From a virus, in the IMG/VR virus record IMGVR_UViG_3300025759_000085, positions 2,402-66,401 of that record: a stretch of DNA of 64,000 nt; one strand, given 5' to 3'. A model generated the notes under the pieces. The model saw nothing but the letters and a program-made list of their open reading frames with translations, did no database searches and was not told where the DNA came from. The translations under genes were made by a program, and so were the position numbers. Below, in pieces: positions 37,154-46,383 of this stretch (the first letter of the stretch is position 1; every line of letters starts with the position of its first letter).

Positions 37154-37813
37154 TTAGTTTGCATTTATATCAAACCCACCTTCCACTTTACCGAAGGGTG
37201 AGGGTTCACTAGTTACAGGGACGAATGATGTGATAGCACGTTTTGTATCTTCGTGTACCACCATCTCTGCTATCTTTAGCCCATCACCTTTGTCAATAGG
37301 TCGCATAGGTTTAAAATAAAGTTTTGGAACAACACTATCTTTATCAAACGTAATGTTTGTAACGACAGCAATAACAGACGTATCATGTGAAGATAGGTGG
37401 CGAGCATACTCTTGCATACCCATGTTACCGCCTTGCGCTCTGCCGAATATAGAACTGGCAGGTATCTGCAACTGATACACCTCTTCGAGATCTCCTTCAA
37501 ACACAACAGCAAGTCGTTGTTGAAACCGACAAGCCCTACCACCATGCTCACCAGAACCACGTACATTCTGTGTACAGTCCATACACCTACGTGATTGCAC
37601 GTTATCCTCTGATACCTTGGTAGAGGGTCGTTGTGTATCATCAGACCAACAGACTGGCGCAGTAGACTTGTTAGGGTCAAACTCATTACCAAAATATGAT
37701 CTTGATACAGGCGCGGCATTCACGATGATTACATTTACCATATCACCTAAAGGGGTTTCTTGCCCATCAGCAATATCAGTAAACGTACCACCACGTATGC
37801 TCAACCTTCTCAT
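37154..37813 (-). CDS. zinc-binding SSB/recombination-associated protein
   Basis: RRLSIRGG..., PVCWSDD...C..C.QN..GSG...RAC pattern; lies in the replication cluster. Confidence 0.5.
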   Translation of the reverse strand: MRRLSIRGGTFTDIADGQETPLGDMVNVIIVNAAPVSRSYFGNEFDPNKSTAPVCWSDDTQRPSTKVSEDNVQSRRCMDCTQNVRGSGEHGGRACRFQQRLAVVFEGDLEEVYQLQIPASSIFGRAQGGNMGMQEYARHLSSHDTSVIAVVTNITFDKDSVVPKLYFKPMRPIDKGDGLKIAEMVVHEDTKRAITSFVPVTSEPSPFGKVEGGFDINAN

Positions 37814-38061
37814 TAGAAGTCCTCGTCTAACATGTCAGTGCCAAACTCGTAGTCACTGACCGCCTCTTTTTCTACCGAATCTTTATTGGTATTCAAAAAG
37901 GCGTTTTCAATCCCTTGAAGGTTGTAACGATAAGTGTTACCGATCTTCACATACATATCCGCAGGGATCTTGCCTTTACGCAACCACTGCCTGACTGTGT
38001 GTTTAGATACACTAAACTTATCTGCTACGTCACCGATTGGAACAAAATTATCTGACATCAT
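37813..38061 (-). CDS. helix-turn-helix DNA-binding protein (excisionase/HTH_17-like)
   Basis: IGDVADKFSVSKHTVRQWLRKGKIP...KIGNTYRY. Confidence 0.8.
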   Translation of the reverse strand: MMSDNFVPIGDVADKFSVSKHTVRQWLRKGKIPADMYVKIGNTYRYNLQGIENAFLNTNKDSVEKEAVSDYEFGTDMLDEDF

Positions 38062-38534
38062 TTTCTCCTTACTGATACAACGTATTCAGAATCTACGTTA
38101 AGACCTTTAGGTACAAGGTCGGGGTTCTCTTCCAAAAACTGTTTCATGTTGCCCTGATTCACACGTTTATCTAACAGTTCAGGCGCTTCATGCTCAAGAA
38201 TAAACTCGTGCATTGAAGACCAATCACTAGTCCAATAGCGTGTACGAGCAGAACGGTAAAACAATCCCGCAGAAGTTCTTACACTATCGACACCTTGATC
38301 TTCACAGTAGTCCAGTAAAGCACGCTTTACCTTATCCAACTGCTCCAATAACTCAGCATCTTTCTCTTTAAACTCTGCCGATAACTCGCTACGCTTATCT
38401 TTTATCTTCAAATAAACAGTAGTTAACTTCTCAGCAGTCAGTTTTTCTTCACTCATTTTACGCTCCTTTACAAAAGGGATAGACAACATAGCGTATGATT
38501 GTGTACTAGTCAAGTATTTCTTTATATAAGTCAA
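38058..38534 (-). CDS. conserved phage coiled-coil protein; true start probably MSEEKL at about 38456
   Basis: YLKIKDKR..., SVRT.AG...DW..FILEH...LLDKRV pattern; AAGGAG precedes the internal ATG. Confidence 0.65.
   Translation of the reverse strand: MTYIKKYLTSTQSYAMLSIPFVKERKMSEEKLTAEKLTTVYLKIKDKRSELSAEFKEKDAELLEQLDKVKRALLDYCEDQGVDSVRTSAGLFYRSARTRYWTSDWSSMHEFILEHEAPELLDKRVNQGNMKQFLEENPDLVPKGLNVDSEYVVSVRRK
38484..38513 (-). promoter_or_regulatory. sigma70-like promoter
   Basis: TTGACT-17 nt-TATGTT on the - strand upstream of the 38456 start. Confidence 0.45.
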
Positions 38535-40041
38535 TCATTTTTGTGTGTATGTCTATTCTATTGTCCAATAATGTGTAAACACGTTTCTCTACGTAAGATC
38601 CTTGTAGGTGGACAACTGTACACTTTTGATCCTGACCTGATCTGTGCACCCTAGCATTCGCTTGCGCGTACGTTTCTAACGAACTGGTGGGCGACCACCA
38701 CACCACAGTGTTTGCCGCTGTAAGTGTTACACCGTGTGCCGCAGACTGTGGTTGGATAACTAAAACTTTTGGGTCGTCTTGTTCTTGAAAGCGTTTAAAT
38801 ATATCAGTACGTTTGGGTGCAGGTACATCACCATTGATTACCTCTGTGGTTATACCATCTTTCCTTAACTTGTCAGTGAGTAACTGTATGGTATGTCTGA
38901 AAGGTACAAAGACTAGAACTTTCTTACTTGACTCATCAATGACCTCACGTAGCACCTTATATCTTTTAGTTATATCAAACTCTAATGACTCACCAGTATC
39001 GGTATATACAGCGCCAGATGATATTTGGAGTAACTTGTTCATGTTTACTGCCGCATTTGCAGCGGTGATTTGCTCTCCTGCTGCTTGCATAATCATCTTA
39101 TTCTTTAATTCTTTGTAGTATTTATTTTGTTGCGCAGTCATGTCGACTTCACGCTTAACATAAACCATAGGTGGTAAATCTAGGCACTCTTCTTTGGTGT
39201 AACGTATGGCAGGTTGTAAGACTCGATGCACCCTGTCAGTAGCATCATCTTTTGGTATCCACTTAAAGTTTGTTACCTTGACCATGACTTGATCTCGGAA
39301 AGACCCAAAGAAACGAGGTAGTGCTGTTGGGTTTACAAGTTTGGCTATACCAAACGCATCGGTTGGGCTTTGTGCCGCAGGTGTACCTGTCATCATCCAC
39401 AGCCAAGTATCTTTACCTACTAACTTGTTTAGTGTCTTCCACCGTTTAGTCTGTACATTCTTATAGTGTGTAGCTTCATCTACAATAATTAAATCAAAGC
39501 CACCACATTGTACAGATTCTTGTACAATCTCCACACCATCGTAATTTATTATCACGTACTCAGCGTCACCTTCTATTATCTCTTTACGCTTCTTAGCTGA
39601 ACCATACGCTACGTCAACCTTGCGGTGCATAGCAAAGTTAAACAAATCGTTACGCCATGCTGATTCCATAATAGATAGAGGACATATAACTAGCACTCTG
39701 TTTATCTTGCCCTGATCTAATAAATAATCTGATGCCCAAATAGCACTGGCTGTCTTACCTGTACCTTGCTCGTTAAAACAAAATGATTTTTTATTTAGTG
39801 TAAAGAAACTTGCTGTGGCTTTTTGGTGTTCGTACGGATCGTATCTACCTGTCCACTCATACTTACCTTCAATAGGTGAAGGCGCGTTGATACCTATGTT
39901 ACGTAATACTTGCACTTCATCAACTCCCCAATTAACTAATACTTCATGTTCTGATAACTTCTTACTCTTTGGTATAACACTCGTAACCCGCCCGGGTGAT
40001 CTCAGGTTAAGTAACAGTGCGCGGTTATCTACTATCTTCAA
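38506..40041 (-). CDS. SNF2-family helicase
   Basis: EQGTGKT, IVDEAT, MTGTP, AAHGVTLTAA and QANARVHRSGQ motifs. Confidence 0.9.
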   Translation of the reverse strand: MKIVDNRALLLNLRSPGRVTSVIPKSKKLSEHEVLVNWGVDEVQVLRNIGINAPSPIEGKYEWTGRYDPYEHQKATASFFTLNKKSFCFNEQGTGKTASAIWASDYLLDQGKINRVLVICPLSIMESAWRNDLFNFAMHRKVDVAYGSAKKRKEIIEGDAEYVIINYDGVEIVQESVQCGGFDLIIVDEATHYKNVQTKRWKTLNKLVGKDTWLWMMTGTPAAQSPTDAFGIAKLVNPTALPRFFGSFRDQVMVKVTNFKWIPKDDATDRVHRVLQPAIRYTKEECLDLPPMVYVKREVDMTAQQNKYYKELKNKMIMQAAGEQITAANAAVNMNKLLQISSGAVYTDTGESLEFDITKRYKVLREVIDESSKKVLVFVPFRHTIQLLTDKLRKDGITTEVINGDVPAPKRTDIFKRFQEQDDPKVLVIQPQSAAHGVTLTAANTVVWWSPTSSLETYAQANARVHRSGQDQKCTVVHLQGSYVEKRVYTLLDNRIDIHTKMIDLYKEILD

Positions 40042-40055
40042 TTTTTATTCTCCAT

Positions 40056-40345
40056 AAGTTAACCTCGTAAAACGGTGTCCGTTTACGATAACTTGTTACG
40101 ACGTACATACTTACATTTCTTGCGCCCGTAAAAATAGCGCAAACCAAATAACCCAGATAACCCAAATAACCGTGGAACCCAGTGATGGCCCCTTGTCGCT
40201 ACAGATGGGGCTAGGTCTGCTATGTGGGACTTTAATCAATACCCAAAGCTAACTCGATTTTTGTGGTTATACAGCACCGCAAAGGAGGAGGAACGAACCA
40301 CGTTGTTTAACGACGCATCAAGCTAAGCGTCTGACACACCAAGCA
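40056..40345 (-). ncRNA. candidate structured non-coding RNA in a 290-bp intergenic gap
   Basis: Several hairpins (GACGC/GCGTC, GTGGTT/AACCAC, GCCCC/GGGGC, TCGTAAA.CGG/CCGTTTACGA) in an otherwise gap-free operon. Confidence 0.35.
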
Positions 40346-40349
40346 AAAA

Positions 40350-40589
40350 CTATTTCTTGGGCTTATGCCCATTCCTAGATCTATTCTTACTAGGACTTTC
40401 TAATCTATATCCGTCCTTGTTACTGCCACCATTCTTTAACATCTTGTTGTGGCTTATATCTTTACCTTTGCGTGCGGCTTTACCATTCTTTTTATCAAAT
40501 GCACGCCTAGCACGTTGGCGTTCCATACGTGCCTCGAATGCTTTACTCCCTACTGGAGCGTTTACTTGTTTGGCTCTTTTACGTCTCAT
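40350..40589 (-). CDS. small basic HNH-like protein
   Basis: GKDISH..ML.NGGSN......S.SKNRSRN resembles a minimal HNH motif. Confidence 0.6.
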   Translation of the reverse strand: MRRKRAKQVNAPVGSKAFEARMERQRARRAFDKKNGKAARKGKDISHNKMLKNGGSNKDGYRLESPSKNRSRNGHKPKK

Positions 40590-41260
40590 TAGTGTCTACC
40601 ATTATGCACGCATTCTGTAACAATGCAATGTCGTTTACATAACCCACTTTGGTGAGCATTCCATACATCTTTTTTCCAAGCCTGTTCCATGCGGTTGTAA
40701 TCAGCTAACCACTTCTCCCACATCTTACCAGCTTGATCTTTGCCATACGTTTCACGTATTAACTCGTTACATACTACAAATAAAAGACCGCCACGTACAG
40801 TCTCAATGTCAGGAAAATGTTTAAATACACACAACGCCATAAGTTCTAACTGTCCCTTGTCAGCATAACGTGTGTTCTTGCTTGTCTTGTAATCTATTAC
40901 CCAAGCAGTTTTGTTTTCTTCGTCAAGTATAACTAAATCAGCTATACCCCTGTACCAACAGTTATCGTCCCAGAACCCACAAGGTTCGAGGTCAGCCGTC
41001 AACCCCATCTCGTATTCACAAAGTTTGTTCCCCTGTTTCATGTTCAATGAATCTAGTGGGGCTTTTATATAATCGTACTCAGGGGGTAACGGCTTTCCAT
41101 CTCGAATGTACTCCTCTGCCGCTTCGTGCACAGCAGTACCATAAAGCATCGCCTCAGTCTCAGGCTCTTTATAATCCTTTGCTACCTTTAGATGATAAAA
41201 CTTCTTAGGGCATTGTTCAAAGGATTTAATTTTACTGAATGACCAAGGCGTAATACTCAT
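40589..41260 (-). CDS. PD-(D/E)XK Cas4/RecB-like exonuclease
   Basis: WSFS....FEQCP, GTAVH, RGIAD, VIDYKT and QLELMA motifs; C-terminal C-x3-C-x4-C completes a probable Fe-S site. Confidence 0.85.
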   Translation of the reverse strand: MSITPWSFSKIKSFEQCPKKFYHLKVAKDYKEPETEAMLYGTAVHEAAEEYIRDGKPLPPEYDYIKAPLDSLNMKQGNKLCEYEMGLTADLEPCGFWDDNCWYRGIADLVILDEENKTAWVIDYKTSKNTRYADKGQLELMALCVFKHFPDIETVRGGLLFVVCNELIRETYGKDQAGKMWEKWLADYNRMEQAWKKDVWNAHQSGLCKRHCIVTECVHNGRH

Positions 41261-41463
41261 TACATGCTACCTACAGCCCAGATTATTGCCAATACACCTA
41301 GACCTGCTACAAGAAGTTCAGCTTGCTTGAAAGTGCGTTCCGTGTGTAGCCATTCCATAACAGAGTTACGTGCCTCTGTAATATCCTCTTGTAGTTCATC
41401 AATAGCTTCATCAGCCGCTTCATGTGCTTCTTTAATTGCTTTTTCTATTTTGTCTTTAGCCAT
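41260..41463 (-). CDS. small membrane protein
   Basis: Acidic helix plus C-terminal TM segment; translationally coupled on both sides. Confidence 0.6.
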   Translation of the reverse strand: MAKDKIEKAIKEAHEAADEAIDELQEDITEARNSVMEWLHTERTFKQAELLVAGLGVLAIIWAVGSM

Positions 41464-43283
41464 TATTCACAGTCTCCATAAGATTTACCAATGCCAGACT
41501 CACATGTTATAGGCATACCCTCTGCCCAAGATGGTGTTGTACTCATACAATCTTCTATGTATTGTCTAGCTTCGTCTAACTCATCATCAGGTACACAGCA
41601 TACCACAGAATCATGCACTGTAAGTACAGGCTTGTATCTCTTAGCAATAGCCAACATCTGTTCACCCATGATGCACCTAGCGATAGCTTGGCATACATTC
41701 TCTGTAACCTTACCACCGTAGATCCTTGTGCGACCACGCCTTGTCATGTAACTAAACTCTAAACCGCGTTCGCCTTGTTCATAATTTAAGTCACCATACC
41801 GCATACGCAGACCACTTGGCAACTTTATCGAGTTATCTCTGTAGGTAAGTAGGTTGTTTGTACCCACTGCACCTGCCTCTCCTCGAGACATACTCACTAA
41901 CATGTTCTGACACTCACGCCAGAACTGAGCTATTCTCCAATTTGTATCTCTGTAGATAGATATAATCCTACGTGCCTCATCTACCTCTATCTTTGTACCA
42001 AACGCTCGCAACTGCTCAGCAAACCGAACCGCACCCATGCCGTAACCTGCACCGAGTATCGTACTTTTACCTACAAATCGTTGTTCTTTGGTAACGTCTT
42101 TCTCTTTGACGTGGTATATCTTTGCCGCCATTTTGACATACACATCTTCGTTGTTAGCAAACGCTTTGACTAGGTTGTCTTCCCCTGCTAACCATGCAAG
42201 TACACGCGCCTCGATCTGTGATGAATCACAATCAACTAGTGTGTAACCTACTGGCGCGATGATACTGGACTTCAACTTCTTACCATTAGCACCACGACTG
42301 GGTAGGTTTTGTATGTTTATCTTGTCATCACCACCCCATCTACCTGTATGCGCGGCATAGTACCTCACTGGGATAGGTATTAATCCACGTTTAGCAATAC
42401 CTATAAACCTCTCAGTACGTGATTCTTCTAACGTGCTCTTTGTACCCAAACGTGCAGTAACAAGTGCCTGTACACGTGGGTCTTCGTGTTCTTGTAACGC
42501 TTTAAATCCCTCATCACTTTTTGCGAATGCGTAGGTTTCTTTGCGTGTTGTGAGACTTATTTTCATCGGGGGATCGACATTCATTGATACCAGTAGTTCG
42601 GCAAATTTGGGGTTACTCATTAGCTGTTCACGTGTGACACCACTTGAATGTATCAAATCTTCTTTTATCTTGATGGTATTATCTAGGTGTTCTTGAAGTA
42701 GTCCAATGTCTAGGTCTAGCATTGGTTCGGTGAACATGCGCAATGTCATGTCAATGATGCGCATCTCTTGTTTAGGAAAGTTCTTACCCATAAGCATGAA
42801 CAACTTATAGGTTAACTCTACATCGTTGACACAGTAGTCACCATACCTACTAAGTTCTTCTGGTGTAAAGTCTTCTCTACGTTTACCTACGGCATTTAAA
42901 ATTTCCGTGCCTTTAGTTCCAATATTATACCTTTTACTAAGGACGTGCAGAGATCCACCAACCTCGACACCGTGTAGTGCGCGAGCAATGCAAAGAGTAT
43001 CAGCATAGACGCGAGGTTGTATATCAAAGAGCCAAGAAATAATAGCACCGTCAAACAAAGTGTTATGGCAAAGGAGCATAGCGTTGCTCCAATCAAAAGA
43101 ATGTAGATACCTACTAATCTGCTCATGCGTACCACTTGCCCATTCAGTCTCACCACTATTCAGTTTAACACCTACACCGATCACCTCAAAGCGAGGGTCA
43201 CGAATGTAGGCTTCCATTGTCATCTTACGTAGCGAGAAATCTTTGTCGTAGTACGTCTCAAAGTCTAACGTAATAAGATCCAT
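41463..43283 (-). CDS. polA: DNA polymerase family A with N-terminal 3'-5' exonuclease
   Basis: LDFETY exo I, motif A DSSQIEAR, motif B RFVGKSTILGAGYG, motif C TVHDS. Confidence 0.9.
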   Translation of the reverse strand: MDLITLDFETYYDKDFSLRKMTMEAYIRDPRFEVIGVGVKLNSGETEWASGTHEQISRYLHSFDWSNAMLLCHNTLFDGAIISWLFDIQPRVYADTLCIARALHGVEVGGSLHVLSKRYNIGTKGTEILNAVGKRREDFTPEELSRYGDYCVNDVELTYKLFMLMGKNFPKQEMRIIDMTLRMFTEPMLDLDIGLLQEHLDNTIKIKEDLIHSSGVTREQLMSNPKFAELLVSMNVDPPMKISLTTRKETYAFAKSDEGFKALQEHEDPRVQALVTARLGTKSTLEESRTERFIGIAKRGLIPIPVRYYAAHTGRWGGDDKINIQNLPSRGANGKKLKSSIIAPVGYTLVDCDSSQIEARVLAWLAGEDNLVKAFANNEDVYVKMAAKIYHVKEKDVTKEQRFVGKSTILGAGYGMGAVRFAEQLRAFGTKIEVDEARRIISIYRDTNWRIAQFWRECQNMLVSMSRGEAGAVGTNNLLTYRDNSIKLPSGLRMRYGDLNYEQGERGLEFSYMTRRGRTRIYGGKVTENVCQAIARCIMGEQMLAIAKRYKPVLTVHDSVVCCVPDDELDEARQYIEDCMSTTPSWAEGMPITCESGIGKSYGDCE

Positions 43284-43588
43284 TACTTAATCCGTTCTAT
43301 TAGCAGATTGAGATACCATTGAGCCTTTTCTAAATCCTCAAGGGGTTTACCCTTGTATTCATAACGCCACATATATTTCATACAGTTACCCTTGAGATAA
43401 CCTAGAAACGCGTTAGGACTCATACTAGACTCGATACCCTCAATACATTCTACTCCACCTGTATTGTAATGGTTCGGATTATTTACTGGATCGTCACCCA
43501 CCTCGTCCAAAAAGTTTTCATACTTCTCTATAAGTTCAGGGTGCTTCTTTCTTAGTTCGTCCCACTCTTTTGGGCTTGCATCTACCAT
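43283..43588 (-). CDS. DUF3310 / T7 gp1.7-like nucleotide kinase domain protein
   Basis: DPVNNPNHY...ECIE...GNCMKY.WRY..KG..EDLEKAQWYL. Confidence 0.85.
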   Translation of the reverse strand: MVDASPKEWDELRKKHPELIEKYENFLDEVGDDPVNNPNHYNTGGVECIEGIESSMSPNAFLGYLKGNCMKYMWRYEYKGKPLEDLEKAQWYLNLLIERIK

Positions 43589-43597
43589 AGTGTTCTC

Positions 43598-43819
43598 CTA
43601 AAAGTTTAATACAATGTGCTGTACGCCACGCGCCTTTTCAGCTAACAAGTAATCAAGCCAACTATAACTAGGATCTAAATCTTCATCTTCTAGTTTCCAT
43701 AGGCGGTTGCGCTCTCTACGTATTGCCATATCAATACTTTCTAATTCAGCCTCGACCACAGGCTTACCCTCAATCAAAGTCAAACTCCAATTGGTTAGGG
43801 TCAGGTTCGGGTAAACCAT
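43598..43819 (-). CDS. hypothetical protein (true start probably further downstream)
   Basis: Fills the gap in the operon in the correct orientation. Confidence 0.45.
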   Translation of the reverse strand: MVYPNLTLTNWSLTLIEGKPVVEAELESIDMAIRRERNRLWKLEDEDLDPSYSWLDYLLAEKARGVQHIVLNF

Positions 43820-44099
43820 TCAATATATATTGAAGGGTGTGTATTGTATCCTCATTGGTTACAGTTGCAATACCACCTGCTTGGGCGATTTGCTTTAACT
43901 CGTTCTTCTGTAACTCAGTAGGCTTGTTGCTACCTGCCTTACATTCAATACCAAAGAACTTGCCCTTGTAACAACCAACTATATCAGGCACACCACTTCT
44001 ACCATACCCACCAGTTGCGGGGTAGAAAAAGTATGCACCTATACTTCTTAGATAGTCAGCCACTTTCTTCTTCACCTTTCTTTCAGGTGTCATAGCCAT
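43770..44099 (-). CDS. VRR-NUC domain nuclease (Holliday-junction resolvase-like)
   Basis: TPE.KVK..., GVPD...IECKA...PTELQ. Confidence 0.85.
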   Translation of the reverse strand: MAMTPERKVKKKVADYLRSIGAYFFYPATGGYGRSGVPDIVGCYKGKFFGIECKAGSNKPTELQKNELKQIAQAGGIATVTNEDTIHTLQYILNGLPEPDPNQLEFDFD

Positions 44100-44122
44100 A
44101 CGTCACTCCTTACATTATTTTT

Positions 44123-44139
44123 GTTCTACAGTGTAGAAC
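44123..44139. promoter_or_regulatory. palindrome GTTCTACA-N-TGTAGAAC, copy 1
   Basis: Seen directly; upstream of the VRR-NUC RBS. Confidence 0.8.
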
Positions 44140-44144
44140 TTTTA

Positions 44145-45137
44145 TTATTCTGGGTATCCCCAGTCATATCTAACGTAATATACACTATCTGATAACTTAA
44201 CGCCAACATCATATACAAAATCATTAACACCTAAGACATCTAACACAGCTACCCTATCCGCCACACTATCTGGTAACTCGTTACGCGGTATTGTACAAGG
44301 GAAACGTCCAAAGCTCTCGTCCCAAGGTGCTTGACCACGACTTACTCTAGTGGCTTGACTGGCATGTCTGTAGTGTACATCGAATGGGTGCATCTGTATC
44401 TCATCATTCTTTATCCACACACAAGTCATGTACTCGTCATCTTCACCAAGTAGTGCATAGTAGTTCTCAATGGCTTCGTACAGCTTGCCTAGCTTTCCAT
44501 CTAACTCCTCATCTACAGTCATCAAACCCATTCGGTGCATGTCCATGACTGTTTGTGCTATGTCAGGCAAGTCACCTACACGACTTACCTCGAATCCCAC
44601 CTCGCGTGCTCGATTTGCACGCTCACTAGTTACGTCACCACGATGCTTCATAACTCGTTGTTCCACGTTATCATGTGTTGACCTAGCAATATCGGACATT
44701 GTATTGGGACGCAAGTATTTACGCGCATTGGCTACGGCTTTCGATATATTCTTGCTCGATAACGTGTGGTAGTCATCGGGTGAATTGTGTGGGCAGTATC
44801 GTTGGTTCTGTATGACGTGACTCTGTACGTGATATTGCAAGTTACCATCGTAGTACGTGGTACTCAGTCTACCCATCTCACACAAATCATCGTTGTAAAA
44901 CACCACTACCTCATATTTAGTTGTTGATACTGAACTCATAACAAACTCTACGTTGGGTAGGTGCATCGTAGCTTTGTACACAAAGTCATCAAAGAACTGG
45001 CAGAACTTACCCCACTCGTACTCGTGGCGTTTGTCGTTCTTCGTAGCTTCTCTCAAGGCTTTCACTGAACTTATTGGTCGAGAAACATCACCCTTTTTGT
45101 GGTAGTTTATTGCTCTTGGTATGGCAGATAAAAACAT
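44145..45137 (-). CDS. hypothetical early protein
   Basis: 330-aa ORF with GGAG RBS; no recognisable motif. Confidence 0.7.
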   Translation of the reverse strand: MFLSAIPRAINYHKKGDVSRPISSVKALREATKNDKRHEYEWGKFCQFFDDFVYKATMHLPNVEFVMSSVSTTKYEVVVFYNDDLCEMGRLSTTYYDGNLQYHVQSHVIQNQRYCPHNSPDDYHTLSSKNISKAVANARKYLRPNTMSDIARSTHDNVEQRVMKHRGDVTSERANRAREVGFEVSRVGDLPDIAQTVMDMHRMGLMTVDEELDGKLGKLYEAIENYYALLGEDDEYMTCVWIKNDEIQMHPFDVHYRHASQATRVSRGQAPWDESFGRFPCTIPRNELPDSVADRVAVLDVLGVNDFVYDVGVKLSDSVYYVRYDWGYPE

Positions 45138-45147
45138 TTCATATCTC

Positions 45148-46119
45148 CTATTTGTAGTCTTGATACTTGATTTTGAAGTTGGCTAACTTGTCAACCTGTG
45201 ACTTGAACCTACTCATAAACTTCTTCTCATCTTCTGGTGGTGATGACGTTTGAGTCTGCCAGTCATACTCGGATATTTCACCCAGTATAGCTATGGCTAC
45301 AGGCGAACGTCGCTCATCGGTAGGGTCTTTCAACATATCACGAAACACATCACTGTCAGTTATCGCATCACCACACTGTTGTCGTATGAGTCGTTGGTGT
45401 TCCCAGTCGTAGTGATCGCGGTTCATCAATATGGTTTGCATTACCCAAGCCCATTCGGCATACTCACGTATAGCTTCGTAATACTTACGCTTTTCTGGAC
45501 TAACCTTGATACGTGTTACAGGTTGTTTGTGGCGTTCGGTTGTACATGTCCACTGTTCATGTGACTTGAATGGATCACGCTGAAAGTCTAGGTACTTACC
45601 ATCATCAGTCTTTGTCATAGGCTGTGTATTCCATGCTGTCTCGCCATGACTTGTACGCATATCAATTAGCGATTTATACATGTGACTGTTGACCCACGTA
45701 GACTTGGGTAGGTAATGATTAGTGCCACCATGTACGACGTATTGCTTACCCTGTTGAACCAGAAAATCCATACACCTCGGTAGTGCACGTGCTAAGAATG
45801 AATAGCGTTGATTGTGACACGTGTCACCATAGTCGTTGCGGACTCGGATTTTCTCGATACCAGTATGCGCACATCTTGTCCATGTAACAGGCGCACGTGC
45901 TATCTCTTCTTTGGTGCTACCACACCAGAACCTGTTACCCTCATCGTCGGGTATCTTGTCCATGAGTACGTACTTGTTCTTGTTGACCTTGATGATGTGC
46001 TCCCACTTACGCGCACGATCACCGAGTGGTACTTGACCTGTAGTACGTATTGGTTTGACGCTGTCGTAGAGTCGTCTTACTTCTGCGAAAGTATTTAGAT
46101 TGTAATGATACATAGCCAT
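45148..46119 (-). CDS. hypothetical early protein
   Basis: 323-aa ORF with GAGG RBS; no recognisable motif. Confidence 0.7.
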   Translation of the reverse strand: MAMYHYNLNTFAEVRRLYDSVKPIRTTGQVPLGDRARKWEHIIKVNKNKYVLMDKIPDDEGNRFWCGSTKEEIARAPVTWTRCAHTGIEKIRVRNDYGDTCHNQRYSFLARALPRCMDFLVQQGKQYVVHGGTNHYLPKSTWVNSHMYKSLIDMRTSHGETAWNTQPMTKTDDGKYLDFQRDPFKSHEQWTCTTERHKQPVTRIKVSPEKRKYYEAIREYAEWAWVMQTILMNRDHYDWEHQRLIRQQCGDAITDSDVFRDMLKDPTDERRSPVAIAILGEISEYDWQTQTSSPPEDEKKFMSRFKSQVDKLANFKIKYQDYK

Positions 46120-46138
46120 AGTTTAGTTCCTCAATAAA

Positions 46139-46155
46139 GTTCTACACTGTAGAAC
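46139..46155. promoter_or_regulatory. palindrome copy 2
   Basis: AAGTTCTACACTGTAGAACTT; immediately upstream of the RBS of 45148..46119. Confidence 0.8.
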
Positions 46156-46197
46156 TTGTTATCAGTTGTTTAGTTACGTTAGGGGGTAAGATGTACC

Positions 46198-46383
46198 TTA
46201 TCCCTGTAATAGTCTTGCCCATGCTTGCGCTAGGCGTTCTCTATCTTCTTCGGTTGATTTGTCATAACGTGTTGTCATAGCATCTAACCGAAACTCCACT
46301 GCCTTTTGTACTTCTTGGACTGCTACGTCCCACTCCATGCGTCGATGTACGGCTTCCATGCCCATACCAAATGACTCACTCAT
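46198..46383 (-). CDS. small hypothetical protein
   Basis: 61 aa, AGGAG RBS, ATGA overlap with the upstream gene. Confidence 0.6.
   Translation of the reverse strand: MSESFGMGMEAVHRRMEWDVAVQEVQKAVEFRLDAMTTRYDKSTEEDRERLAQAWARLLQG

Noticed and set aside
37813-38061. Excisionase implying an integrated prophage
   Set aside because: No integrase, att-like boundary or host genes in the window; HTH_17 proteins are common in phage replication clusters.
40589-41260. Cas4-like gene as part of a CRISPR system
   Set aside because: It sits in the replication cluster with no cas1/cas2 or array; standalone Cas4-like exonucleases are common in phages.
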